Shown: positions 19,106-27,996 of the stretch, piece by piece
Numbering within the stretch: the first letter of the stretch is position 1
How the letters are laid out: every line of letters begins with the position of its first letter
Source: Dehalococcoidia bacterium
Lineage (GTDB): Bacteria; Chloroflexota; Dehalococcoidia; Lucifugimonadales; UBA2985
Reading direction: 5' to 3'
Length of the DNA: 64,000 bases
Assembly (NCBI GenBank): GCA_965219025.1
Contig: OZ244716.1
Coordinates: 221,175-285,174, forward strand
Made by a program: the position numbers and the translations under genes
The notes under the pieces: model-generated
What the model saw: the letters and a program-made list of their open reading frames with translations, nothing else
Databases searched by the model: none
Told to the model about the DNA's origin: nothing

Positions 19106-20092
19106 TCAGCCGCCGTTGGACAGCAGCCGCGCCGCCTCCTTGGCGTGATACGAGATCACGATGTCAGCGCCGGCCCGCTTGATGGCGGTGAGCGCTTCCA
19201 TCGCGGCCGCCTCGCCGTCCAGCCAGCCGTTCGCCGCCGCAGCCTTAAGCATCGAGTATTCGCCGCTGACGTTGTAGGCGGCGATGGGCAGGGCAAACCT
19301 GCGCCTTGCCCTGGCTATCACGTCCAGGTAGGCCAGCGCGGGCTTGACCATGAGTATGTCCGCACCCTCCTGGAGGTCAAGCTCCATCTCGTGAAGTGCC
19401 TGACGAGCGTTTGCGGGGTCCATCTGGTATCCCCGGCGGTCGCCGAACTGCGGAGCCGAGTCGGCCGCCACGCGGAAGGGGCCGAAAAACGCGGAGGCGT
19501 ACTTAGCAGAGTAGGCCATGATTGGCGTGTCAGACCGGCCTGCGGAGTCCAGCGCGCGCCGAATTGCGCCCACCTGGCCGTCCATCATCGCGGAGGGCGC
19601 GACCACGTCCGCCCCGGCCTCCGCGTGCGAGACCGCGGCGCGCGCGAGGAGCTCAAGGGTGGCGTCGTTGTCCACGCGTCCGCCGTTCAGGACGCCGCAG
19701 TGGCCGTGGTCCGTGTACTCGCAGAGGCAAACGTCCGTCATCACGGCGAGTCCGGGCGCAGCCTGCTTCACGGCCTGGATGGCCTGCTGGACTATGCCTT
19801 CGGGGTCGTAGGCCTCGCTTCCGGCGGCGTCCTTGGAGGCGGGCAACCCGAACAGCAGCACCGCGGGTATGCCCAAGGCCGATACCTCAACCGCCTCCTC
19901 GGCCAGCCGGTCCGGCGACATCTGGTAGACTCCGGGCATCGGCTCCACCGGCTCGCGGACTCCCCGGCCATGCGTGGCGAAGAGTGGGTAAACGAAGTCC
20001 TGAACGTTGAGCGACGCCTCCGCCGTCATGCGTCGCAACGCCTGTGACTCCCGCAGCCGCCTCAGCCTTGTGAGTGGAAAGCGCGAGGTCAT
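19106..20092 (-). CDS. hemB: porphobilinogen synthase (delta-aminolevulinic acid dehydratase)
   Basis: RLRRLRESQALRRMTAE...FVYPLF...CLCEYTDHGHCG...MVKPALAYLD...AAYNVSGEY are HemB motifs. The internal ATG at 20092 (MTSRFPLTRLRRLR) avoids overlap with the upstream gene ending at 20103. Confidence 0.95.
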   Translation of the reverse strand: MTSRFPLTRLRRLRESQALRRMTAEASLNVQDFVYPLFATHGRGVREPVEPMPGVYQMSPDRLAEEAVEVSALGIPAVLLFGLPASKDAAGSEAYDPEGIVQQAIQAVKQAAPGLAVMTDVCLCEYTDHGHCGVLNGGRVDNDATLELLARAAVSHAEAGADVVAPSAMMDGQVGAIRRALDSAGRSDTPIMAYSAKYASAFFGPFRVAADSAPQFGDRRGYQMDPANARQALHEMELDLQEGADILMVKPALAYLDVIARARRRFALPIAAYNVSGEYSMLKAAAANGWLDGEAAAMEALTAIKRAGADIVISYHAKEAARLLSNGG

Positions 20093-20102
20093 ATCACACC
20101 TC

Positions 20103-21638
20103 CTACGTCCCACCGGCTGGACTTGAAGCGAAATGGTCAACCAGCGCATCGGCAAGCGCTTCAACCGTGGCCTGCGAGGCAACCACGTCAACGTGCAGGC
20201 CTGCGGCCCGCGCTGTCGCCGCGGTCACGGGTCCGATGCACGCCACGGCCGCGCCGTCCAGTGCCGACGCGTCGCCCTCAAGCAAGGACAGCAGATTGGT
20301 CAGCGTGGATGAGCTTGTAAGCGCGATCGCGTCCACTCCCTCGCCGGAGAGCAGTTCCCGAACGCGCTCCCGCGAATCCTCCGGCGTCACCGTGCGGTAC
20401 ACCGCCACGTCGTCGACGAGCGCGCCGGCTCGCTCCAGGCCAACTGACAGCGCCTCACGTCCCGCCTCAGCTCGCAGCAGCAGCACGCGTTCCCCTGCTA
20501 TGCCAGCCTCTGACAGACCGTCGACTATCGACTCGGACACCGACTCTCGCGGCTGCAGGTCTGCGACGATCCCGCGCTCACGCAGGGCCGTAGCTGTCGC
20601 CGACCCCACGGCGCACACGCGCGCGGCCCCGAACGCCCGCGCGTCCAGCCCCAGCCGCTCCATGCGGCCGAACGCCTCCTGAACGCCATTCACGCTCACG
20701 AACACAACCCAAGCGTAGGTGTGAAGCGACCTTAGCGCCCCATCCAGCCGCGCGCTTTCCTCCACAGGCTGTATCTCTATGGTAGGAACCTCAATGGGCT
20801 GCGCGCCCCTCTCTCTAAGCTGCTGCGACAGGGCGCCCGCCTGCGCACGGGTCCTTGGCACCAGCACGCGCCTGCCGAATAGCGGCCTGTCCTCGAACCA
20901 GCGGATGCGCTCGCGCAGCGAGACCACCTCGCCGAATACTGTAACGACGGGCGCCGCCAGCCCTGCGCCTTGCCCCAGACCTACGATGTCCGCGAGGCTG
21001 CCCGAGACGGTGCGCTGGTGCGGCTCCGTGCCCCACTCGACCAGCGCCGCCGGTGTTGATTCGTCCATGCCATACTTACGCAATGCGTCCACTATTGCAG
21101 GCAGAGTCTCCCACCCCATCATCACGACCAGTGTGCCAGGCGTCCTGGCAAGTCGCTCCCAGTCCACGGCGGACTCGGGCTTGGCCGGGTCCTCTGCACC
21201 GCTGACGAACGTGACCTGGGACGCGATCCGGCGATGCGTCACGGGGATGCCCGCGTAGGCCGGGGCCGCGATCGCCGACGACACACCGGGCACCACCTCG
21301 AAACGTACGCCTGCCTCCGCCAGCCACTCGGCTTCCTCGCCGCCGCGGCCGAAGACAAAGGGATCGCCGCCCTTGAGGCGTACCACGCGCAGTCCCTCCC
21401 GCGCCCGGTCTGCCAACAGCCGGTTGATCTCCTCCTGCGACATCCGTCGGTCCCCTCTGGCCTTGCCGGCGTCCACCATCTCGGCCTCGGAAGGAGCCTC
21501 ATCCAGCAAGCCGCGGTTGACCAGCCGGTCGTGAACGACCACGTTGGCGGTACGGAGCATGGCCAGCCCGCGAGCCGTGATAAGGCCGGGGTCGCCGGGG
21601 CCTGCGCCAACCAGGTATACGACGCCGGGCTCTCTCAC
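20103..21638 (-). CDS. bifunctional uroporphyrinogen-III C-methyltransferase / uroporphyrinogen-III synthase (CobA-HemD fusion)
   Basis: N-terminal VYLVGAGPGDPGLITARGL...VVHDRLV...VVRLKGGDPFVFGRGGEE is SUMT-like. The C-terminal ~250 aa have a HemD-like repeat architecture. Confidence 0.9.
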   Translation of the reverse strand: MREPGVVYLVGAGPGDPGLITARGLAMLRTANVVVHDRLVNRGLLDEAPSEAEMVDAGKARGDRRMSQEEINRLLADRAREGLRVVRLKGGDPFVFGRGGEEAEWLAEAGVRFEVVPGVSSAIAAPAYAGIPVTHRRIASQVTFVSGAEDPAKPESAVDWERLARTPGTLVVMMGWETLPAIVDALRKYGMDESTPAALVEWGTEPHQRTVSGSLADIVGLGQGAGLAAPVVTVFGEVVSLRERIRWFEDRPLFGRRVLVPRTRAQAGALSQQLRERGAQPIEVPTIEIQPVEESARLDGALRSLHTYAWVVFVSVNGVQEAFGRMERLGLDARAFGAARVCAVGSATATALRERGIVADLQPRESVSESIVDGLSEAGIAGERVLLLRAEAGREALSVGLERAGALVDDVAVYRTVTPEDSRERVRELLSGEGVDAIALTSSSTLTNLLSLLEGDASALDGAAVACIGPVTAATARAAGLHVDVVASQATVEALADALVDHFASSPAGGT

Positions 21639-22552
21639 TCCCCTGCTCCGGACTCCAGAATCTCGGCCGCTCCCATCGTGAACAGCTCTTCCGCCAGGGC
21701 GCGACCAGCTTCATCAGGCTCTCCCGCCTTCCGGGAGAGCCGGGCCTTGATCATCTCGCTTCCATCGACTGATGACACCATGCCGACCATGACGACGGCG
21801 TCTCCATCGACGGTGGCGTGGGCGGCGATGGGTACGCGGCAACCGCCGCCCATGGCCACCACGAATGCTCTCTCGGCGGCGACCGCCATGCAGGTAGGGG
21901 CGTCCCGGATGGCGTCCAGCAAGCGCAGCAGGTCCTCCCTCTCCGAGCGGACTTCGACGGCCAGGGCGCCCTGGCCGGGCTCCGGCACCATGTCGTAGGG
22001 ATCGAAGTACTGCGCGATGCGGCCCCCCAGCCCCAGCCTCAGCAGGCCGGCGGCGGCCACCACCACGCCTTCGTAGCCGTTGCCGTCCGCCCTGCCGATG
22101 CGCGTTTCCACGTTGCCGCGGACAGGCTCCACTATCACGTCGCTGCGAAGTGCGCGCAGCTGCGCGGTACGACGCGGGCTGCTCGTGCCGATGACTGAGC
22201 CGGCGGGCATCTCGGCCAGCGTGCTCTGCGATGCGTTAACCAGCACGTCGCGGGGGTCGCTACGCGGGCAGACCACCATGACGGTCAGGCCGTCCGGGGT
22301 CGCAGTGGGAAGGTCCTTCAGGCTGTGCACAACCATGTCTACGTTGCCGTCCTGCAGAGCTGCCTCCAGCGCGCCGGTGAAGACGCCCTTGCCGAGTCCG
22401 GCCAGCGGTGCGTCCGGCATTGCGTCGCCGGCGCTTCGAATTACGACGACGCTCGGCTCGACGTCAGGTGAGATTCGTCTCAGGTGCGACAGCACCTCCT
22501 CGGTCTGCGCGAGCGCAAGGCGGCTGCCGCGGGTGCCCACTGCGATCTTCAT
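21635..22552 (-). CDS. hemC: hydroxymethylbilane synthase (porphobilinogen deaminase)
   Basis: MKIAVGTRGSRLALAQT...HSLKDLPT...GNVETRI...QGALAVE...GGCRVPIAA are HemC motifs. 4-nt overlap with the downstream gene. Confidence 0.95.
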   Translation of the reverse strand: MKIAVGTRGSRLALAQTEEVLSHLRRISPDVEPSVVVIRSAGDAMPDAPLAGLGKGVFTGALEAALQDGNVDMVVHSLKDLPTATPDGLTVMVVCPRSDPRDVLVNASQSTLAEMPAGSVIGTSSPRRTAQLRALRSDVIVEPVRGNVETRIGRADGNGYEGVVVAAAGLLRLGLGGRIAQYFDPYDMVPEPGQGALAVEVRSEREDLLRLLDAIRDAPTCMAVAAERAFVVAMGGGCRVPIAAHATVDGDAVVMVGMVSSVDGSEMIKARLSRKAGEPDEAGRALAEELFTMGAAEILESGAGE

Positions 22553-22580
22553 TGACGCTCCCTCAGCCCGTTCCCCTCTC

Positions 22581-23837
22581 CTAGCCCGCGTCGGGGTCGT
22601 CCTTCAGCCCGAACAGCTGCTGCGTCGCCTCCAGGTAACCGGGGTCTTCCTTCAGAGCCGAGATGGGGTTGTGGAGCAGCTTTCGCACGATGGCCCTGCT
22701 CATCGCTTCGATGCGCTCCACCTCGTCCTGACCCAGGTGCGGCATCTGCCGGAGCGTCTTTGCCACCTCGCCGAGGCGTAGGGCCTCTGCGTGCGCTTCA
22801 AGCCTCGCGATGGACGGGTCCAGGCTTCGCGACTCCCACCAGTCTCGAAACCGCAGCATTTCCTCATCGATAATGCGTTCAACTGCGTCCACTTCCTGTC
22901 CGCGTTCGTCCCGGTTGGCGCGTGAAACCGACTCCAGGTCGTCCAGGTCAAGCAGGGTCACGCCGGGAATGTCGCCGACGGCTGGGTCTGCGTCGCGCGG
23001 GACTGCTATGTCCACAATCACCAGGGGGGAGCCGTTTCGGGACCTGACAGCCTCCGCCACCGTGTCACGCGAAAGCAGCATGTCGTGCGAATCTGTCGAG
23101 CTGACCACGATGTCGGCCGTGGATAGCACCTCCGGCAGGTCCGTCAGGGGCCGAGCATAGGCTTCCAACTCGGCTGCAGCTTCGCTGGCGCGGGAGAGGG
23201 TGCGATTGAGCAACTCCATGCGGCCCACGCCCCGGTATCGGAGCGCCTGGGCCACGAGCTTCCCGGCCTCTCCTGCGCCGACCACGGCCGCGCTCGCACG
23301 GCCCAGGTCACCTATCGTGCGGCGGGCCAGCTCCACCGCGGCCGAGCCGATGGACAGCGCGTTGTCACCGATAGCGGTCTCGCGTCGGGCCCGCCTGCCC
23401 ACCCGCAACGCGTGGTGGAAGACCCTGGAGACGACGCCCCCCGCGCAGCCCTGCCCCACCGATGCGCCGTACGCATCCCTCACCTGCCCAAGCACTTCTG
23501 ACTCGCCGAGGATCTGCGAGTCCAGGCCGCTCGTGACACGAAAGAGATGACACACAGCCTCCTCGTGCTCGTAGAAGTAGAAGGCACTAGATGTATGGCC
23601 GGCTTGCGGCGGGAGCCTGTGCATCAGCAGCTCATTCAGCTTGTCGTGTACGTCGCAGGCGTTCTCCCCTGTGACGTAGATCTCGGTGCGGTTGCAGGTG
23701 GACACGATGACACCGCCGCCCAGCGCGTCCTTCAGCGCAAGAAGCGCCTGCGGCAGCTCCTCGCGGGTAAAGGCCACGCTCTCCCTGACCTCGAGAGGCG
23801 TCTGCCAGTGACTAAGGCCGAGCACGAAGAGCTTCAT
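22581..23837 (-). CDS. hemA: glutamyl-tRNA reductase
   Basis: LGLSHWQTPLEVRE...STCNRTEIY (catalytic Cys motif)...VVGAGEAGKLVAQAL NADPH site. Confidence 0.95.
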   Translation of the reverse strand: MKLFVLGLSHWQTPLEVRESVAFTREELPQALLALKDALGGGVIVSTCNRTEIYVTGENACDVHDKLNELLMHRLPPQAGHTSSAFYFYEHEEAVCHLFRVTSGLDSQILGESEVLGQVRDAYGASVGQGCAGGVVSRVFHHALRVGRRARRETAIGDNALSIGSAAVELARRTIGDLGRASAAVVGAGEAGKLVAQALRYRGVGRMELLNRTLSRASEAAAELEAYARPLTDLPEVLSTADIVVSSTDSHDMLLSRDTVAEAVRSRNGSPLVIVDIAVPRDADPAVGDIPGVTLLDLDDLESVSRANRDERGQEVDAVERIIDEEMLRFRDWWESRSLDPSIARLEAHAEALRLGEVAKTLRQMPHLGQDEVERIEAMSRAIVRKLLHNPISALKEDPGYLEATQQLFGLKDDPDAG

Positions 23838-24514
23838 TGCGCCGCCGAGACTCCGGTGGCGGCGCCTTCGAGTAGGGCGCGCTTGAGGGACTGCTTGGCC
23901 GCCTCCCTATCCGTGTGGAACAGGGTCACCAGGTCCCTGCTGAGGCAGGCTTGCCAATGTTCTGCGTCGATCACGGCGCCCTCGCTGCGAAGCTCAAGCC
24001 TCACCTCGGACAGTATGGGCGCGAGGTCTGCGTAGTCTAGGGCCGGGCTGTCCTGCAGCTCCACCCTGAGCTTGCGGGCAAGGGCCGGGCTCAGGCCCGC
24101 CGTGGAAATGGCCACGGTCACTTCGCCTTTTCTCACGATCGACGGCGCGATAAAGGTGCACAGGTGTGTGACGTCGACCACGTTCAGGGGGACATTGCGA
24201 GCTGTCGCCTCGCGGGATATGCGGTCGTTCAGGGCGGAGTCGTCGGTGGCAGCGATGGCGATGAACGCGCCTTCAAGATCGCCGTCGCGGTACTCGCGCT
24301 TCTCCAGGCCGATCATGCCGGTGTCAGCCATGCCCTGGATTGTCTCGGTGACCTCAGGGCTGATGATGCATACTTCGGCGCCGCTCTCCAATAGCGCGGC
24401 GATCTTCCCCTCCGCCACCTGCCCACCGCCGACTATCACGCAGCGCCGGTCTCTCACGTCCAAGTATACCGGGTAGTATGGTGCCAAGAGGCGCCCTCCG
24501 CCGTTTATGCGCAA
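23834..24514 (-). CDS. sirC: precorrin-2 dehydrogenase / sirohydrochlorin ferrochelatase (SirC / CysG N-terminal-domain-like)
   Basis: YPVYLDVRDRRCVIVGGGQVAEGKIAALLESGAEVCIISPE is a Rossmann motif typical of siroheme synthase N-domains. 4-nt overlap with the hemA start. Confidence 0.85.
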   Translation of the reverse strand: MRINGGGRLLAPYYPVYLDVRDRRCVIVGGGQVAEGKIAALLESGAEVCIISPEVTETIQGMADTGMIGLEKREYRDGDLEGAFIAIAATDDSALNDRISREATARNVPLNVVDVTHLCTFIAPSIVRKGEVTVAISTAGLSPALARKLRVELQDSPALDYADLAPILSEVRLELRSEGAVIDAEHWQACLSRDLVTLFHTDREAAKQSLKRALLEGAATGVSAAQ

Positions 24515-24630
24515 GAGTAAGCCATTGCACGCCTCAGGTCAACACCGCTTCTATCCGGCGACTGCCTGCTCTATACTTTGGATACCGACCTACCGGCCAG
24601 CCAGCCACTTCTTACGGAGAACTGCCGCCC

Positions 24631-25785
24631 ATGCCATTCAGTTTTCGGGTCGAATGCACCGACGGCCCTGCGAGGGCCGGCAGCATGGACACGCCGCACG
24701 GCCTGGTACCCACTCCCGCCTTCATGCCTGTCGCCACGCAGGGCTCGGTGAAGGCCGTTGCGCCCGACGACCTCACCGCGATAGGCACGACCATCGTCCT
24801 CTCGAACACGTACCACCTGATGCTCCGCCCGGGCATCCGGCTGGTGCGCGACATGGGCGGCCTCCACAGGTTCATGGGCTGGCGTGGCCCCATCCTAACC
24901 GACAGCGGCGGCTTCCAGACTCTCAGCCTGGGCCGTCTGAGCAGCCTATCCGAGGAAGGAGTCACCTTCCGCTCGCACATCGACGGCAGCGAGCAGCTCC
25001 TCTCGCCGGAGCTGGCAGTCGAGTACCAGGAGCAGCTTGGGGTGGACATTGCGATGGTGCTGGACCACTGCCCGCCCTACGGCGCTGAGGAGTCCACCCT
25101 GCGCGAGGCCACGTCAAGAACGCACCGGTGGGCCCTGAGATGCCGTGAGTCGCACCGCCTGGAAGATCAGGCGCTGTTCGCGGTGGTACAGGGGGGCGTG
25201 AGCCGGGAGCTTCGTCTGGAGTCTGCGTCGGCGCTGGTGGCCATGGACTTCGATGGCTACGCGCTGGGAGGGCTTACCGTTGGTGAGCCAAAGTCGATGA
25301 CCTACGAGATGGTCTCGCTCATGGGCGGAATCCTGCCAGCGGACAAGCCCCGATACCTGATGGGCGCAGGTTCGCCGGAAGACCTGGTCACCTGCATCGG
25401 CCTGGGCATGGACATGTTCGACTGCTCGCTGCCCACGCGCGTCGCCCGCAACGGGGGCCTCTTCACGGCGGACGGGCGCGTCAACGTGCACTCCGCTCCG
25501 TACCGCGAGAGCGACGGCCCCATCGACGACTGCTGCGACTGCTACGCCTGCGCGAGCTTCTCGGCGGCGTACCTGCACCACCTGTTCAGGGCCAGGGAGC
25601 TGCTGGCGTATCGGCTGGCCAGCGTGCACAATCTGCGGTTCGTCACGCGGCTGATGGAGGAGGCGCGCGCAGCGATTGTGGAGGGGCGGTATGCCGCTTT
25701 CCGCGATGGGTTCCTGGCCCGCTATCGCGCCACGGATGAGGACGTCAGGCGGACGCAGAAGGAGAAGTGGCTCCGCCGAAAGTGA
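24631..25785 (+). CDS. tgt: tRNA-guanine transglycosylase (queuine tRNA-ribosyltransferase)
   Basis: MPFSFRVECTDGPARAGSMDTPHGLVPTPAFMPVATQGSVK...ILTDSGGFQ...YALGGLTVGE...CDCYAC zinc site. I chose the ATG at 24631 because it fits family N-termini; the track start at 24478 adds 51 unrelated residues. Confidence 0.95.
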   Translation: MPFSFRVECTDGPARAGSMDTPHGLVPTPAFMPVATQGSVKAVAPDDLTAIGTTIVLSNTYHLMLRPGIRLVRDMGGLHRFMGWRGPILTDSGGFQTLSLGRLSSLSEEGVTFRSHIDGSEQLLSPELAVEYQEQLGVDIAMVLDHCPPYGAEESTLREATSRTHRWALRCRESHRLEDQALFAVVQGGVSRELRLESASALVAMDFDGYALGGLTVGEPKSMTYEMVSLMGGILPADKPRYLMGAGSPEDLVTCIGLGMDMFDCSLPTRVARNGGLFTADGRVNVHSAPYRESDGPIDDCCDCYACASFSAAYLHHLFRARELLAYRLASVHNLRFVTRLMEEARAAIVEGRYAAFRDGFLARYRATDEDVRRTQKEKWLRRK

Positions 25786-25800
25786 AAGGCGCGTGATGTC

Positions 25801-25860
25801 CGCTCACCCCCGCATCGGTGTGCGGGGCAGGCTCTGGGCCTGTCGAAGGGCGTGAACGGG
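25801..25860. repeat. REP-like intergenic repeat, family B copy (contains hairpin CCCCGCA-6 nt-TGCGGGG)
   Basis: gctcacccccgcatcggtgtgcggggcaggct... is closely related to the reverse complement of 43445-43483 (gctcacccccgtatcaggtacggggcaggct...). Aligned by eye. Confidence 0.6.
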
Positions 25861-25907
25861 CACAGCTCAAGCCTTGAGCCCCACCTGAGCCGTTCCCCCA
25901 AATCGCC

Positions 25908-26435
25908 TTACTCACCATTGCGGGTCGCCCGGAGAGCCTGTTCGAAGCGTTCCAGCCGCTCCCGCAGATCTGCAACGCTTGCCTCGGTCTGCCGTCCCGC
26001 CGTATCGATGACGATGCCGGCCTGCCAAGGCTCGTATTCACGGTCGCACACCTGCTGCCACGTTGGCAAGACATGTCCCGCGATGTCGGCTATCCGTGTC
26101 TCGACCCTGCGCCGGTGCTCCGCCCGGTCGGTACAGGCGATCTCAACTTCGATGTAGGGCGTGCCCGCACGCACGGCGACGTCCCGCCAGGCGGCTCGGG
26201 TCAGTTCAATCGGGTTCACGGAATCGGCGATCACGGAGTGGCCCAGCCTCAGATTGTCCTCAGCGACAGCGTAGGCGACCACGTACTCCTCTGATCCAGA
26301 AATGGTTACGGACGAGTTGCGCAACGCCTGCTCGATGGAGTCTATGCGCAGATGAACGGCGCCGATGGCCCGTGCCAGTCCCCCACCGATCGTTGTCTTG
26401 CCCACCCCGGGAAGGCCGCCAAGGATATACAACAT
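25908..26435 (-). CDS. P-loop kinase-like ATP-binding protein (AAA_33-type)
   Basis: MLYILGGLPGVGKTTIG is a Walker A motif at the N-terminus. 175 aa, typical of small nucleotide/antibiotic-kinase-like proteins. Substrate unknown. Confidence 0.7.
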   Translation of the reverse strand: MLYILGGLPGVGKTTIGGGLARAIGAVHLRIDSIEQALRNSSVTISGSEEYVVAYAVAEDNLRLGHSVIADSVNPIELTRAAWRDVAVRAGTPYIEVEIACTDRAEHRRRVETRIADIAGHVLPTWQQVCDREYEPWQAGIVIDTAGRQTEASVADLRERLERFEQALRATRNGE

Positions 26436-26523
26436 CGGATGGTGCTACGCAGCTAGCCGCGGTTCCAAGTCCCTGCGTCCGCCGCTCACCAGCCCTTCGG
26501 GCGACGCGCAGCCACCTTCCATT

Positions 26524-26563
26524 GTCATTTCGAGCGAAGCGCAGCGGAGTCGAGAAATCCAGG
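26524..26563 (+). repeat. REP/MITE-like repeat, family A arm (gtcatttcgagcgaagcgcagcggagtcgagaaatccagg)
   Basis: Related copies or arms occur at 27873-27901(-), 44308-44331(-), 45981-46005(-), 57267-57317(+), 57398-57436(-), 61860-61884(+), 62021-62057(+) and 62163-62178(-). Confidence 0.65.
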
Positions 26564-26646
26564 ACCTGACGCCATCGTACACACCTCGCCCCTCACCGGC
26601 AGCGCGCTGGGGAATACCAATTGTCAGCAGCCCGCAGCCGCTCTAA

Positions 26647-27872
26647 GGAAACTCTGAATAATGCCCTTGGATTGTGGCATACTGAGGCCAGGCAAGCCAA
26701 GACCGAGGGGGAGTGACCATGACGGACCAGCCAACCTTTGCCGACTTGGAGTACCAACACAAGAAGCGACAGACCCGTCGGGAGGTGTTTCTGAAGCGAA
26801 TCGACACCCTTATTCCTTGGGAGAGGTTGGAGGAGCGCATCCAGTCGCACTACTTTAAGGCGGAACGGGGTCGCCGGCCTTACCCCCTGTCGGTGATGCT
26901 TCGGGTCCACATCGTCCAGCTCTGCTACAACCCCCGCCTTCGCGAGGGCAGGCTCTGAGTGATCCAGGGATGGAGGATCTGTTGTATGAGGCGGAGTCAG
27001 TAAGGCGATTTGCGGGACTGCGTCTAAGCGAGCCGTTGCCTGACGAGAGCACTATCCTGCACTTCCGGCATCTACTGGAGAAGCACGGGCTGGGGGAAGG
27101 GCTGTTTGAGGAGATCAACAGGCATCTGGAAGAGCACGGGGTACGACTGCGAGAGGGAACCATAGTGGACGCCACCATCATAGAAGCGCCGTCCTCCACC
27201 AAGAACCGGGCCGGGGAGCGGGACCCGGAGATGCGTCAGGTGAAGAAGGGGAACCAATACCACTTCGGGATGAAGCTGCACATCGGGGTGGATTCGGAGA
27301 CTGGCTTGGTGCACAGCTTCGCTACCACATCGGCCAACGTGCATGATGTGACCCAGGCTCACCGGTTATTGCATGGTGGGGAGTCCCAGGTGTGGGGGGA
27401 TGCTGCCTACATCGGGGTGCAGAAGCGGGAAGAGCATCTGCAGTTGGCGGTACAGTGGCAGGTGGCAATGAAGCCGGGACAGAGGCGGAAACTGGAACCT
27501 GGGGACCCGGTGGCAATAGGGGAAAAGGTGAAGGCATCTATCCGAGCCAAGGTGGAACACCCCTTTCTGGATGTGAAGAGACTATCGGGCTACGCCAAGG
27601 TACGCTATCGGGGCTTGGCCAAGAACACAGAACGGCTGGCGCTGCTGCTAGGGCTGTCCAACCTGAACCGGGCCCAGGGCCACTTGGCTGGTTGACCCAG
27701 GGGGTAGTGGGCCCAAAAGCGGGGCTGAAGCCACGAAACGGCCGGAGAGGATAGGGCAAAGGACCGAAATTAACCGCACCATCAACAAACAAGACAACAA
27801 CCGGGAGGGCAAGCCTACTTCTGCACCCGGCAATCAATAAATCAGCCCGGCAGCACTTTGTTCAGACCTTCC
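26647..27872 (+). mobile_element. IS5-family (IS5-group) insertion sequence with imperfect terminal inverted repeats and YTAR target duplication
   Basis: IRL is GGAAACTCTGAATAATGCCC (26647-). The reverse complement of IRR is GGAAGGTCTGAACAAAGTGC (ends at 27872). About 14/20 positions match, and IRR resembles the E. coli IS5 end as I recall it. Flanking tetranucleotides are CTAA (26643-26646) and CTAG (27873-27876), matching the IS5 YTAR target. The internal transposase resembles InsH. Confidence 0.85.
26713..27695 (+). pseudogene. IS5/InsH-like DDE transposase, reading frame interrupted
   Basis: ORF1 (26713-26958) reads TFADLEYQHKKRQTRREVFLKRIDTLIPWERLEE...GRRPYPLSVMLRVHIVQLCYN. ORF2 (26970-27695) reads MEDLLYEAESVRRFAGL...GTIVDATIIEAPSSTKN...RDPEMRQVKKGNQYHFGMKLHIGVD...KASIRAKVEHPFLDVKRLSGYAKVRYRGLAKN. 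Together they are collinear with E. coli InsH from memory. The two halves lie in different frames, separated by about 23 extra nt at 26932-26954. Confidence 0.85.
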
Positions 27873-27901
27873 CTAGATTCCTCGACTACGCTTGGAATGA
27901 C
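27873..27901 (-). repeat. REP/MITE-like repeat, family A arm (inverted relative to 26524-26563)
   Basis: ctagattcctcgactacgcttggaatgac; its reverse complement is gtcattccaagcgtagtcgaggaatctag. It abuts the right end of the IS5 element. Confidence 0.6.
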
Positions 27902-27996
27902 TGTGGTTTCTGGCCCCCTAACACTGCGATAGTCGAAGGGTCTGACACTCACCGATAGTCTGCGCGGACGGCCGCGCGTTCCGTTCGCCGCTGAGC

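Noticed and set aside
24478-24630. Upstream start codons offered by the ORF track for tgt. The same applies to hemB (20191), pepP (42919), ogt (18857), ccmF (51208), the acyl-CoA synthetase (46040) and the ccmG-like gene (54738).
   Set aside because: The extensions overlap neighbouring genes or add residues unrelated to the family N-termini. Internal starts with SD-like sequences or 4-nt stop/start overlaps fit better.
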